Below the pieces are notes generated by a model. The model was not told the DNA's origin. It did no database searches and was given only the letters and a program-made list of their open reading frames with translations. A stretch of 35,839 bases of DNA, taken from assembly GCA_017447325.1 (NCBI GenBank), contig JAFSNU010000128.1, positions 1-35,839 of the forward strand, in the 5' to 3' direction. Both the position numbers and the translations under genes were made by a program. Positions 26,284-34,982 of this stretch are shown piece after piece. Each line of letters starts with the position of its first letter. Position 1 is the stretch's first letter. Source of the stretch: Synergistaceae bacterium (GTDB lineage: Bacteria; Synergistota; Synergistia; Synergistales; Aminobacteriaceae).

Positions 26284-26329
26284 AAATTTCCCGCAGAATT
26301 TTAAATTAATAAAATCTTACGGGAAATTT
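26284..26329 (-). terminator. Hairpin downstream of flgI; possible flagellar-operon terminator, bidirectional in form
   Basis: 10-bp stem AAATTTCCCG (26284-26293) with CGGGAAATTT (26320-26329). An A-run lies on one flank and a T-run on the other. The loop is long (26 nt). Confidence 0.4.
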
Positions 26330-26446
26330 TAATTTTCATCACAAGCTCGTGCTTTGTTATTTTTAAATTATTCGGCTTGTATTGTATAAGCGCATTATAA
26401 ACAAAACGAAGCGCGGGATAAAATATAAAAGTTTGTCGCGGCTCTG

Positions 26447-27571
26447 CTACATGTTCACGAGTTCGCCGTGCAGAGCTCCGGCCTGATTAATCGCCTGCAA
26501 GATCTCGATTATATCGCGAGGACTTGCGCCTAATGAGTTAAGCACTCTCACCATGTCGCGCACTGTCGTCGTCGAGGGCATCGCTACCATGCTCGTGCCG
26601 TCCTCTTCTGTGCGAACATCTGTTCTGTGCACGACGGCAGTCTGGCCTTGAGAAAATCCCTCGGGCTGAATGACGTTCGGATCGTCTGCAACTGTAACCG
26701 TCAAATTTCCATGAGCGACTGCAACAGAACTAATTCTAACGTTGCCGCCCATGACGACAGTGCCAGTGCGCTCATTAACTGCAACTTTAGCCGAGCTGTC
26801 AGGCTCTATCTCCAATTTCTCCATGTTCGCAATAAACGCAGTCGGCGCAGCTATGTACTGCCCGGGCAAATTTATATCAACGCGCCCCGCGTCACTCGCC
26901 GTTGCTACAGCTCCGAAACGTCGATTTATTGCGTCGGCAATGCGCTGCGCTGTTGTAAAATCAGGATCGCGTAATAATAAAGCTAATTGTCCGCCCTCCG
27001 CGTATTCCATAGGCACATCACGCTCAACTATTGCTCCGCCCGGGATGCGCCCGTTAGTCGGAATATTTATCGTCCGTGACGCGCCCGCTCCGCCGGCTGT
27101 AAATCCTCCGACTAAGACCGAACCCTGAGCGACTGCGTAAACATTTCCGTCGGCTGCTTTAAGCGGCGACTGCATTAAAGTTCCGCCCTGCAAACTCGAC
27201 GCGTTGCCTATCGAACTAACTCTAACGTCAATAGGCTGGCCGGGCCTCGCGTAAGGCGGCAAGTCAGCAGTCAAAGACACGACCGCTATATTGCGCGTCC
27301 TTACTGAACGAGCATCAAGCGTCACGCCGAAATTACGCATTAAATTTCTCATCATCTGAACGGCCATCTGCGAGTTGTCGCCCGTTCCGTTTAAGCCGGT
27401 GACTAATCCAATTCCAGTAAGCTGGTTATTCCTCGCGCCCTCTATATCAACTATATCTTTAATTCTAACTCTGGGATTAAGCCGCGAATAATTCATGTCC
27501 TGCAAGTTCACAGCCGCGAACGCCTGCGAGCTTATTAAAATTAAAATTAAAACTAAATAAATTTTGCGCAT
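26447..27571 (-). CDS. flgI: Flagellar P-ring protein FlgI
   Basis: Signal peptide, then RIKDIVDIEGARNNQLTGIGLVTGLNGTGD and the C-terminus LNSLGASPRDIIEILQAINQAGALHGELV, both typical of FlgI. Confidence 0.95.
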   Translation of the reverse strand: MRKIYLVLILILISSQAFAAVNLQDMNYSRLNPRVRIKDIVDIEGARNNQLTGIGLVTGLNGTGDNSQMAVQMMRNLMRNFGVTLDARSVRTRNIAVVSLTADLPPYARPGQPIDVRVSSIGNASSLQGGTLMQSPLKAADGNVYAVAQGSVLVGGFTAGGAGASRTINIPTNGRIPGGAIVERDVPMEYAEGGQLALLLRDPDFTTAQRIADAINRRFGAVATASDAGRVDINLPGQYIAAPTAFIANMEKLEIEPDSSAKVAVNERTGTVVMGGNVRISSVAVAHGNLTVTVADDPNVIQPEGFSQGQTAVVHRTDVRTEEDGTSMVAMPSTTTVRDMVRVLNSLGASPRDIIEILQAINQAGALHGELVNM

Positions 27572-27574
27572 GAT

Positions 27575-28147
27575 TTAAAATACCGCCTGCAAAATCTGCG
27601 TCACTACACCGGGCTTTTGAGTTCTTGAGATAGTTCCGCGGCCTTTCACGGCAATTTCAGCGTTGGCTATAAGCGAGCTGTTAATCTGATTATCGCTGTT
27701 CACGTCCTGCGGGCGGATAACGCCTATTAACTGGAACTGCAAAATTTCCTCGCTCGTTCTAATATCGCGCGTGCCTTCGATTACTAAATTTCCGTTGGGC
27801 AGAACTTCAGTCACAAGACAGGCAAGCGTCGCCGTCGCGTGATGCTTGCGCTCTATCGAACCGTCTCCGTCGCTTGTGCTTGAAGTTGACAGGCTAAGAC
27901 TTCTAATAAATTTCAAAATTCCCGTCCCGTCGCTGACTGAATTATTGGAATTTTTAGTCAGCTCCATTGTCGCCTCGTCCTTCGCGTCAGTGCGCTCATT
28001 CACTAATACCGTCACAATATCGCCGACGCGTGACGGCCTTGTGTCGCCGAACCAGTTATTATTGTCGTTCCAAAGCGACGCGGCACTTGCACAGCCCGCG
28101 CCTGCAAACGTCAAAATTAATATTAAGCTCAAAAATTTTTTAGTCAT
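27575..28147 (-). CDS. flgH: Flagellar L-ring lipoprotein FlgH
   Basis: Lipobox FAGAGC, then VGDIVTVLVNERTDA and NGNLVIEGTRDI...LIGVIRPQDV. The stop lies 3 nt before the flgI start. Confidence 0.9.
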   Translation of the reverse strand: MTKKFLSLILILTFAGAGCASAASLWNDNNNWFGDTRPSRVGDIVTVLVNERTDAKDEATMELTKNSNNSVSDGTGILKFIRSLSLSTSSTSDGDGSIERKHHATATLACLVTEVLPNGNLVIEGTRDIRTSEEILQFQLIGVIRPQDVNSDNQINSSLIANAEIAVKGRGTISRTQKPGVVTQILQAVF

Positions 28148-28203
28148 AAATCAATCATCGCCTCCAGAAATAATTTTAAATTAATTTTAAATTTAATTTA
28201 AAT

Positions 28204-29262
28204 TTAATTTATAGCTGCCTCAACAGTATTTTCATTTATTATATACGCTTTAATTATATTTTGCTTGCGGGTGTTGCGGCTGCTTGACGCGACTTTCACG
28301 CTCACCAAATCCCCGGGCTTGCCGTCCTCTGCTAACACTCCCGACGACGTCGCTATTATCCCGCCTAACCTCGCGATAATTTTTACGCGCGTGCCCTTCT
28401 TGATATTATTCGGCCCGGATAATAAAGCAAGCTCGATCGGCTCGCCCTGCTTTATAGCTTTACGCGAAATATTATCTATAACTTCGCTCTCACTCACTGC
28501 GTAAACTCCAGGCTTTGTAATTTTTATACTGCGTCTCATTAAGTCCTGCGGCCTTATGGGCTTGTCTCTGGGTATAGTTCTCGCGGCAACTAAAACGTTT
28601 TGACTCCAAATCATCCTGACGGAAATAGACTTCACGCGGCCTTTATTTTTATAATCGCGAAATTTCAAAGTCGCTGCCGCAGTCCCGGGCGTAATAGTTG
28701 ACGGCTCGACCAAAACGCCGGGCGGAACCGGCATGTTAGAGCTGACTTCAACGCCGCCGTCCCACGCCGCTAAAGATTTTATTAAATTACTTAAATTTAA
28801 ATTATTATTATTAAATTCCGGCTCGCTCTCGGTCTCGTTGCCCTCGTAAGACGGCCGCTCAACAAAAATTTTTGCCGGAGCTTTAAGCTCTATGCGCGTG
28901 TTCTCAAGTCCGCTTGACTTTACAGCATTTAAAATTTGATCGCGCGTTAAAATATATCTTTGCGCCTTAACTTTATTTTTATTATTTATAACTTCAGGCT
29001 TCGCAGATAATATTAAATCGTCAAGCCTTGATTTTATATTAGCGTCGGCCTCGATGTGAGCGATTTCTCCAAGCCTAAACGCGCCGTTCACGTCCTGAAT
29101 ATAAATTATTGACGGGATTTCAATTCTCGCAGTCCGCGCCGCGTGTGCATCAACACAGCATAGCAAGATTAACAGCATAAAAAAATTGCGGAGAGCTGTA
29201 ATTAAACTTCTCCGCTTTAAATTAAATCTTAAAAATTTATTAACGTTTAAGGCCATTGGCAA
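28204..29262 (-). CDS. flgA: Flagellar P-ring assembly chaperone FlgA
   Basis: C-terminal SAF/FlgA block KKGTRVKIIARLGGIIATSSGVLAEDGKPGDLVSVKV and an N-terminal signal-like segment. The start is uncertain, because the 5' end overlaps the flgG stop. Confidence 0.75.
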   Translation of the reverse strand: MPMALNVNKFLRFNLKRRSLITALRNFFMLLILLCCVDAHAARTARIEIPSIIYIQDVNGAFRLGEIAHIEADANIKSRLDDLILSAKPEVINNKNKVKAQRYILTRDQILNAVKSSGLENTRIELKAPAKIFVERPSYEGNETESEPEFNNNNLNLSNLIKSLAAWDGGVEVSSNMPVPPGVLVEPSTITPGTAAATLKFRDYKNKGRVKSISVRMIWSQNVLVAARTIPRDKPIRPQDLMRRSIKITKPGVYAVSESEVIDNISRKAIKQGEPIELALLSGPNNIKKGTRVKIIARLGGIIATSSGVLAEDGKPGDLVSVKVASSSRNTRKQNIIKAYIINENTVEAAIN

Positions 29263-30031
29263 TTCTTAATAAATCATCAGCGGTCTGAATGCCTTTAGAA
29301 TTAGCTTCGTACGCGCGCTGTGCGACTATCATCTCGACCATCTCTTCAACAACCTGAACGTTGGACATTTCAATAACATTCTGCCTAACTTCCGGCATTC
29401 CGTCCGTGCCGGGCTGGGCGACTATCGGCGCACCGCTCGCGTCCGTCTCGACAAACAATCTGTCGCCTACAGCACGCAAGCCCGCAGGATTTATAAATCT
29501 CGCAAGCTCAAGCTGTCCGATCTCCTGCAGTGCTGTCTCGCCCGCTATTCTCACGCTGACAAGTCCCGTGTTAGACAGGCTTATGCTCTCGGCATTATTC
29601 GGCACTGTCATTGCCGGCTCTAATAATAATCCATCTTCGCTCACTATATTCCCGTCGTTGTCAAGCTGCCACGCTCCGGCGCGTGTATAAGCTATCGTTC
29701 CGTCCTGCTGCGTGACTTGAAAATATGCGCCGTCGCCGGTTATAACCCAGTCCAACGGATTGTCAGTGACTTGAAAGTTGCCCTGAACGCCAAAGCTCGG
29801 CGTTGCGATAACGCGAGTTCCAAGTCCGACCTGAATTCCAGTCGGGATTACAGAGTTCGGCTCAACCGGCGCGCCAGGCTCTCTATAAATCTGATACATC
29901 AAGTCCTCAAAGTCCGCGCGGCGCTTTTTATATCCCTGCGTATTAACGTTCGCTAAGTTATGCGACACCACGTCTAAATGCGTTTGCTGCGCTATCATTC
30001 CTGACGCGCTCGTCCAAAGTGAACGCAACAT
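29240..30031 (-). CDS. flgG: Flagellar distal rod protein FlgG
   Basis: MLRSLWTSASGMIAQQTHLDVVSHNLANVNTQGYKKRRADFEDLMYQ and the C-terminus VEEMVEMIVAQRAYEANSK. Confidence 0.9.
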   Translation of the reverse strand: MLRSLWTSASGMIAQQTHLDVVSHNLANVNTQGYKKRRADFEDLMYQIYREPGAPVEPNSVIPTGIQVGLGTRVIATPSFGVQGNFQVTDNPLDWVITGDGAYFQVTQQDGTIAYTRAGAWQLDNDGNIVSEDGLLLEPAMTVPNNAESISLSNTGLVSVRIAGETALQEIGQLELARFINPAGLRAVGDRLFVETDASGAPIVAQPGTDGMPEVRQNVIEMSNVQVVEEMVEMIVAQRAYEANSKGIQTADDLLRIANGLKR

Positions 30032-30065
30032 TTTTATTTAACTCCTCCCATTTATATAGCTTAAA

Positions 30066-30872
30066 TTATCCTCTACTATAAGACGTAACTAAACGGCTTG
30101 TCATATCGTCATGCGTCATTAAAGCTTTGGACGCGCCCTCGTAAGCTCTCTGCGCTTCGATCATGCGCACCATTTCCTCAACTACGCTCACGTTCGACAT
30201 CTCGAGCGCATGTTCAAAAAATCTCGGGTTCGCTATGCCTTCAGCCTCGCCTGATTCTTGAGTTACGGCCAATAAATTTTTGGCGGCTTGTCTCAAGTAA
30301 GTAGGCCGCTCGAAATTAAAAATCTGCAAGTTGCCGACAACATTTCCGTCCGCTATGACTTGGCCGCGCCGATTTATATTAACGCTTCTTGCGTTGCCGA
30401 CTGAAAGACCGCCGCCGTTGCCTTGCAGCTGCATTCCGTTCGGCGTGATTATATTTCCGGCTGCGTCGAGCGTGAAATTTCCTTCCCGTGTGTAATACGT
30501 GTTGCCCTCTTCGTCAGCGACCGCGAAAAATCCCGGGCCGTCGATAGCAACGTCTAACGGATTTTCAGTCGTCTTGACAACGCCGGGTGTCGTGTCCATT
30601 ACGTCTTCAGAATATATATTTGCAAGTGCCATTGTGCCGATAGTCTGCTTGCCGCGCCAGTTCATCGTGAAGGGCGGCGTTGTCATTAATTTTGTCTCGC
30701 CGTCCTCCGAAATTTTCTCTATTCTGTCCATATACGCGCTGAACTCAGCATTGGCCGAGACGCGCTTCTTAAAGCCGGGCGTGTCAACGTTGGCTAAATT
30801 ATTCGCCGTCACGTCAAGATTAGTCTCTTGAACCAGCATCGCCGAACACGCGGCGTAAAGTCCTCTATGCAC
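30066..30872 (-). CDS. flgF: Flagellar proximal rod protein FlgF (FlgG paralogue)
   Basis: N-terminus LDVTANNLANVDTPGFKK and C-terminus SNVSVVEEMVRMIEAQRAYEGASK. Confidence 0.8.
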   Translation of the reverse strand: MHRGLYAACSAMLVQETNLDVTANNLANVDTPGFKKRVSANAEFSAYMDRIEKISEDGETKLMTTPPFTMNWRGKQTIGTMALANIYSEDVMDTTPGVVKTTENPLDVAIDGPGFFAVADEEGNTYYTREGNFTLDAAGNIITPNGMQLQGNGGGLSVGNARSVNINRRGQVIADGNVVGNLQIFNFERPTYLRQAAKNLLAVTQESGEAEGIANPRFFEHALEMSNVSVVEEMVRMIEAQRAYEGASKALMTHDDMTSRLVTSYSRG

Positions 30873-30981
30873 AGTCTCACCCTTTTCTCAATTAATTATA
30901 TTTCTAAAATTTTAAATGCGCTTAATTAAACATACTTCCAAAATATTATTCGGATAAATTTAATTTAAAAATTAAAAATTA

Positions 30982-32028
30982 TTAAAAACTTTTACGGCTG
31001 TTCTTGCGCAAATTCATAATCATGTTGCTGCGGCTCGAGTTCTTTAAATTATCCATTTCAGCAAGAGCCTTGCCCGTGCCTAACGCGACGCAGTCCATCG
31101 GACTTTCAGCCTGGAAGCAGCTGATGCCCGTTTGCTGTGAAATTAAATCTGTCAAGCCGTTTAACAAAGCTCCGCCGCCCGTCAACACAATTCCTCTGTC
31201 GATAATATCAGCCGAAAGCTCCGGCGGAGTCTGCTCTAAAACATTACGCACGCCGTCGATCAAGCTTTGAACCATGTCGCCTAACGCCATATTAATAGCC
31301 GAGCTCGTGACTTCAACCTGACGCGGCAAGCCTGCGACCAAGTCACGCCCTTTCACAGTCATGCGCTTATCATCTTCAAGCGGAATGCACGTGCCGATCA
31401 TGATTTTCAAATTTTCAGCCGTCTGCTCGCCTATCGACAAATTATATTGCCGCCGCAAATATTTCATGATGCTCTCGTCGAATTTATCTCCGCCGATGCG
31501 TAACGAAGTCGATTTGACGACTCCGCCTAAAGATATAACGGCTATGTCAGTAGTGCCGCCGCCGATGTCAACGACCATTTTGCCCCGCGCCTCTTCAACG
31601 TCAAGATTTGCTCCGATTGCCGCCGCCATTGGCTCTTCGATTAAATATGCCTCTTTCGCTCCGACCTCTAATGCCGCCTCTAAGACCGCGCGTCGTTCAA
31701 CGTCAGTTGCGCCTGAAGGCACGCAGATCATCGCCCTGTTTCTAAATAATCTGTTAAGGCCTTTAGTCACCCGCCGCATGAAGTGCTGAAGCATTGCCTT
31801 AGTCATCGAGTAATTTGCGATAACGCCGTCGCGTAACGGTCTGACTGACGTGATAGCTCCCGGGGTTCGTCCGACCATCTTCTTGGCCTCGTCGCCGACT
31901 GCTAAAATTTCTCCGCTGTCCTGATTCACAGCCACGACGGACGGCTCGCGCAGCACAACTCCGTGCTGCTTCTCATATATCAAAACATATGCAGTCCCTA
32001 AGTCGATCCCTATATCCGTTCCAAACAT
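30982..32028 (-). CDS. mreB: Rod-shape-determining actin homologue MreB/Mbl
   Basis: DIGIDLGTAYVLIY, VVDIGGGTTDIAVISLGG and GIVLTGGGALLNGL, which are the actin-fold phosphate and adenosine motifs. Confidence 0.93.
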   Translation of the reverse strand: MFGTDIGIDLGTAYVLIYEKQHGVVLREPSVVAVNQDSGEILAVGDEAKKMVGRTPGAITSVRPLRDGVIANYSMTKAMLQHFMRRVTKGLNRLFRNRAMICVPSGATDVERRAVLEAALEVGAKEAYLIEEPMAAAIGANLDVEEARGKMVVDIGGGTTDIAVISLGGVVKSTSLRIGGDKFDESIMKYLRRQYNLSIGEQTAENLKIMIGTCIPLEDDKRMTVKGRDLVAGLPRQVEVTSSAINMALGDMVQSLIDGVRNVLEQTPPELSADIIDRGIVLTGGGALLNGLTDLISQQTGISCFQAESPMDCVALGTGKALAEMDNLKNSSRSNMIMNLRKNSRKSF

Positions 32029-32123
32029 TACAACATTACAAGCCTTCTTTATAAATTTTAAAATTATAAAATATTTATTTATTATATAATAAATAAACTA
32101 AATTAAACTCTAAACTAAAACAG

Positions 32124-33047
32124 GTGATAAAAATTAAACTAAAAACTTTATTGCCGTCACGGCCTGACGACATGCACAAGGGACAGCGCGGCAAATTATT
32201 AATAATCGGCGGCTACGTGACCGAACAAGAGACGGCTGCTCCGACTCCGTTTCAGGAACGCTTCGGCATTAATACTTTACAAAATTTTGATTTGAATTAC
32301 ATCGGCGCCCCGGCTCTTGCAGCTTTAGGAGCATTAAGAACGGGCGCGGGCGTTGTGACTTTGTTATCTTATCCGGAAGTCTGCGAGGCGTGCGCGGCAA
32401 AATTATTTGAGATAGTTTATTTGCCGTTGAGCGAGCCTGAGAGCTGGGCTAAAGCAGCGTTAAGCAAAGCAGAAGACTATCAAGCAGCAGTGATAGGCCC
32501 GGGGCTTGGAAGGTCTAAAGAGGCCATGTTATTTGCAATAGAGATGTGGCAGAAGTGGCCTAAAAAACTTTTGGTTGACGGCGACGGGCTTTATGCTTTA
32601 AGCGTTGTCCGCGAAAATTTAAAAGCACGTGACGACGCAGTGATAACTCCGCACGAGGGCGAGGCCGCGAGATTATTAAATATAACTTCTCAAGACGTGA
32701 GAGCTAATCGCGCAGAGAGCGTTAAAAAACTTGCGGACATGTTCGGCTGCGCTGTGCTGAAAGGCAATAAAACTTTAGTTGCTAAAGACGGCGAGCTCGA
32801 GCAAATAAATTTCGGCGGAGCTGAGCTGTCAGTCCCGGGTTCGGGCGACGTTTTATCCGGCTGCATCGGCGCATATTTAGCTAACGGCTTGAATAATTTT
32901 GACGCGGCTGTCTTAGGCGTATCTATTCACGGAATGGCCGGAGATATTTTGCGTGAGACTTGCGGCGTTGACGGAGTTTTAGCGAGCGAGATAGCCGATA
33001 ATTTACGGCTTGCAATTAAAAATTTGCGTGATTTAAAAGATGAATAA
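32124..33047 (+). CDS. nnrD: ADP-dependent NAD(P)H-hydrate dehydratase (YjeF C-terminal family)
   Basis: HKGQRGKLLIIGG, GPGLG, ITPHEGEAARLL, VLKGNKTLV and PGSGDVLSGCIGA. GTG start. Confidence 0.85.
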   Translation: MIKIKLKTLLPSRPDDMHKGQRGKLLIIGGYVTEQETAAPTPFQERFGINTLQNFDLNYIGAPALAALGALRTGAGVVTLLSYPEVCEACAAKLFEIVYLPLSEPESWAKAALSKAEDYQAAVIGPGLGRSKEAMLFAIEMWQKWPKKLLVDGDGLYALSVVRENLKARDDAVITPHEGEAARLLNITSQDVRANRAESVKKLADMFGCAVLKGNKTLVAKDGELEQINFGGAELSVPGSGDVLSGCIGAYLANGLNNFDAAVLGVSIHGMAGDILRETCGVDGVLASEIADNLRLAIKNLRDLKDE

Positions 33048-33348
33048 CCGCTATAGACATAAGCCGCGCGTTGACTGGGACAAAGAGATCGAGAAGACCG
33101 AGCGCATTAAACGGCGCGGAATTTTTATGAGCGTCTTGAGCTTCTGCGTTGCGATCGCGTTTATATTTGGAATTAATAAATTTTCAGCTAATAATATTGA
33201 AATTCCCAAGAGCGTTTTGCTCGCGGCGTGCTTTGTCGTGTCGTGCATAATTTTGAGAGCAGTTATTAGGCACAGGGCAAACAAGCGCGATAAAGATTTA
33301 AATAATAATATTAATATTAATAATCAAGATGTTAATTCTGAAATCTAA
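33040..33348 (+). CDS. Small two-TM membrane protein, hypothetical
   Basis: Two hydrophobic helices. It overlaps the nnrD stop by 8 nt and the tsaE start by 20 nt. ORF evidence only. Confidence 0.4.
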   Translation: MNNRYRHKPRVDWDKEIEKTERIKRRGIFMSVLSFCVAIAFIFGINKFSANNIEIPKSVLLAACFVVSCIILRAVIRHRANKRDKDLNNNININNQDVNSEI

Positions 33349-33778
33349 CTCGGAGAGCGAGACGCGGGAGCTTGGATTTAAATTCGCAAGTTTATTAAAG
33401 CCCGGGCTGATTATTTTATTATACGGAGATTTAGGCTCGGGCAAAACTGTATTCACCCGCGGGATATGCGAGGCGTTGGGAGTTATAAACTGCAAAAGTC
33501 CGTCGTTCACGATTATAAACGAGTATAAAGTTAAAAATAATAATTTTATAATTGCCCACGCGGATTTATACAGGCTTAATAATCAGGCTGAAGTTGACGC
33601 GCTTGGCCTTGAAGATTATATTTGCGCGGACGACTGCGTGTTAATCGCCGAGTGGCCGGAGCGGAATAATTTTTGGCCTGAGAAAAATTGTGTTAAAATT
33701 TATTTCACTTCGCTTGACGAGAATAAACGGGAATTAAAGTTTGAGAGCGATTTAAATTTAGATTGCTTAAAAGTTTGA
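33329..33778 (+). CDS. tsaE: tRNA t6A37 biosynthesis ATPase TsaE
   Basis: LYGDLGSGKTVFTRGI P-loop, SPSFTIINEY, HADLYRL and IAEWPE. This is the only core gene in the window ending in TGA. Confidence 0.85.
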   Translation: MLILKSNSESETRELGFKFASLLKPGLIILLYGDLGSGKTVFTRGICEALGVINCKSPSFTIINEYKVKNNNFIIAHADLYRLNNQAEVDALGLEDYICADDCVLIAEWPERNNFWPEKNCVKIYFTSLDENKRELKFESDLNLDCLKV

Positions 33779-33973
33779 GGGCTCGTTCATAAAGCGGCGC
33801 AAAAAATTTGTGACAAGTTATTTTTAAAATTAAATTTATAAATTCTTGCGGCAAAATATTTTATAATAACTTTTTGTAGTTGAAAATGTAGTTGAAAAAC
33901 TTTTAAATTTTAACGTGAAAAGTTTTATTAATGAAATTATTATAAATTATAGCACAAGACAGGAGGGGTTAAT

Positions 33974-34927
33974 TTGATTAGATTAACTAACGTTGAAGAG
34001 TGGGTTAATAACTCGATTAATAACATACGCGGGCAGGTCGGCTCTGACAAAATAGTCTGCGGCTTGTCGGGCGGAGTTGACTCGAGCGTGTCGGCCATGC
34101 TTGTTCATAAGGCAGTGGGCAGTCAGCTTGAATGTATTTTTGTAGATCACGGCTTAATGCGTTTGAACGAGCCCGAGCTTGTCATGAACTCGTATAAAGA
34201 TATGGGCTTGTCGGTAAGGCACGTTGACGCGTCCGAATTATTTTTGAGCGAGTTAAAAGGCGTTACTGATCCCGAGCAGAAGCGGCTCATCATCGGCAAA
34301 TTATTTATAGACGTGTTTCAAGCTGAGGCGAATAAGACCGGCGGAGCTAAATGGCTCTTGCAGGGAACTATATATCCTGACATTATCGAGAGCGGCAAGG
34401 GCTCAGGCTTGGTAAAATCTCATCACAACGTCGGCGGCCTGCCCGAGCATATGGATTTAAAATTACTCGAGCCGCTTAGAGATTTATATAAAGACGAAGT
34501 GCGTGAAGTAGGCAAATTTATTAACATGCCTGAAAGCTTTATTAAACGTCAGCCGTTCCCCGGGCCGGGACTTGGCGTGCGCTGCCTGGGCGAGTTAAAT
34601 AAAACTCGTTTGGACACTTTAAGACAGGCCGACGCAATTTTCAGGGAAGAGCTAAAGGCCGCAGGAATTTATGAAGATATTTGGCAGTCGTTCTGTGTTT
34701 TATTGCCGGTCAAAGCTGTCGGAGTTCATGACGGCAATAGAACTTACGGCGAGGCTGTGGTCTTACGCGCGATACACTCGACGGACGCCATGACAGCCGA
34801 ATGGGTTAAAATTCCGTACGAAGTTTTGGACAAGACGGCCAAGCGCATTTGCAGCGAAGTTAAAGACATTAATAGAGTTGTAATGGACGTTACGTCAAAG
34901 CCGCCGGCAACTATAGAATGGGAATAA
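33974..34927 (+). CDS. guaA: GMP synthase, ATP-pyrophosphatase/dimerisation part only (subunit-B-like, no GATase domain)
   Basis: The VCGLSGGVDSSV PP-loop lies 30 aa from the start. LLQGTIYPDIIES and SHHNVGGLPE follow, and the C-terminus is KPPATIEWE. Upstream there is only a 195-nt AT-rich spacer and tsaE. Confidence 0.9.
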   Translation: MIRLTNVEEWVNNSINNIRGQVGSDKIVCGLSGGVDSSVSAMLVHKAVGSQLECIFVDHGLMRLNEPELVMNSYKDMGLSVRHVDASELFLSELKGVTDPEQKRLIIGKLFIDVFQAEANKTGGAKWLLQGTIYPDIIESGKGSGLVKSHHNVGGLPEHMDLKLLEPLRDLYKDEVREVGKFINMPESFIKRQPFPGPGLGVRCLGELNKTRLDTLRQADAIFREELKAAGIYEDIWQSFCVLLPVKAVGVHDGNRTYGEAVVLRAIHSTDAMTAEWVKIPYEVLDKTAKRICSEVKDINRVVMDVTSKPPATIEWE

Positions 34928-34943
34928 TTTAATAATTAAAATC

Positions 34944-34980
34944 AACAGCGTCAAGAATTTAATTTCAAGACGCTGTTTTA
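34944..34980. terminator. Bidirectional terminator between convergent guaA and dnaA
   Basis: 9-bp stem AACAGCGTC (34944-34952) with GACGCTGTT (34969-34977), flanked by A-rich and T-rich runs. Confidence 0.65.
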
Positions 34981-34982
34981 AT

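Noticed and set aside
26045-26446. Search for a tRNA or tmRNA gene, or an att direct repeat, at the island boundary.
   Set aside because: No cloverleaf-compatible segment or repeat matching the left part of the window was seen. The left boundary is outside the window, so the repeat search is inconclusive rather than negative.
26627-31789. Plus-strand ORFs inside the flagellar and mreB genes (26627-26974, 26742-27128, 27846-28184, 28265-28504, 29361-29690, 29717-29956, 30098-30304, 30499-30831, 31004-31270, 31361-31789).
   Set aside because: They are antisense shadows of strongly supported minus-strand genes. Their composition is low-complexity Ser/Pro/Ala/Arg, and they have no SD.
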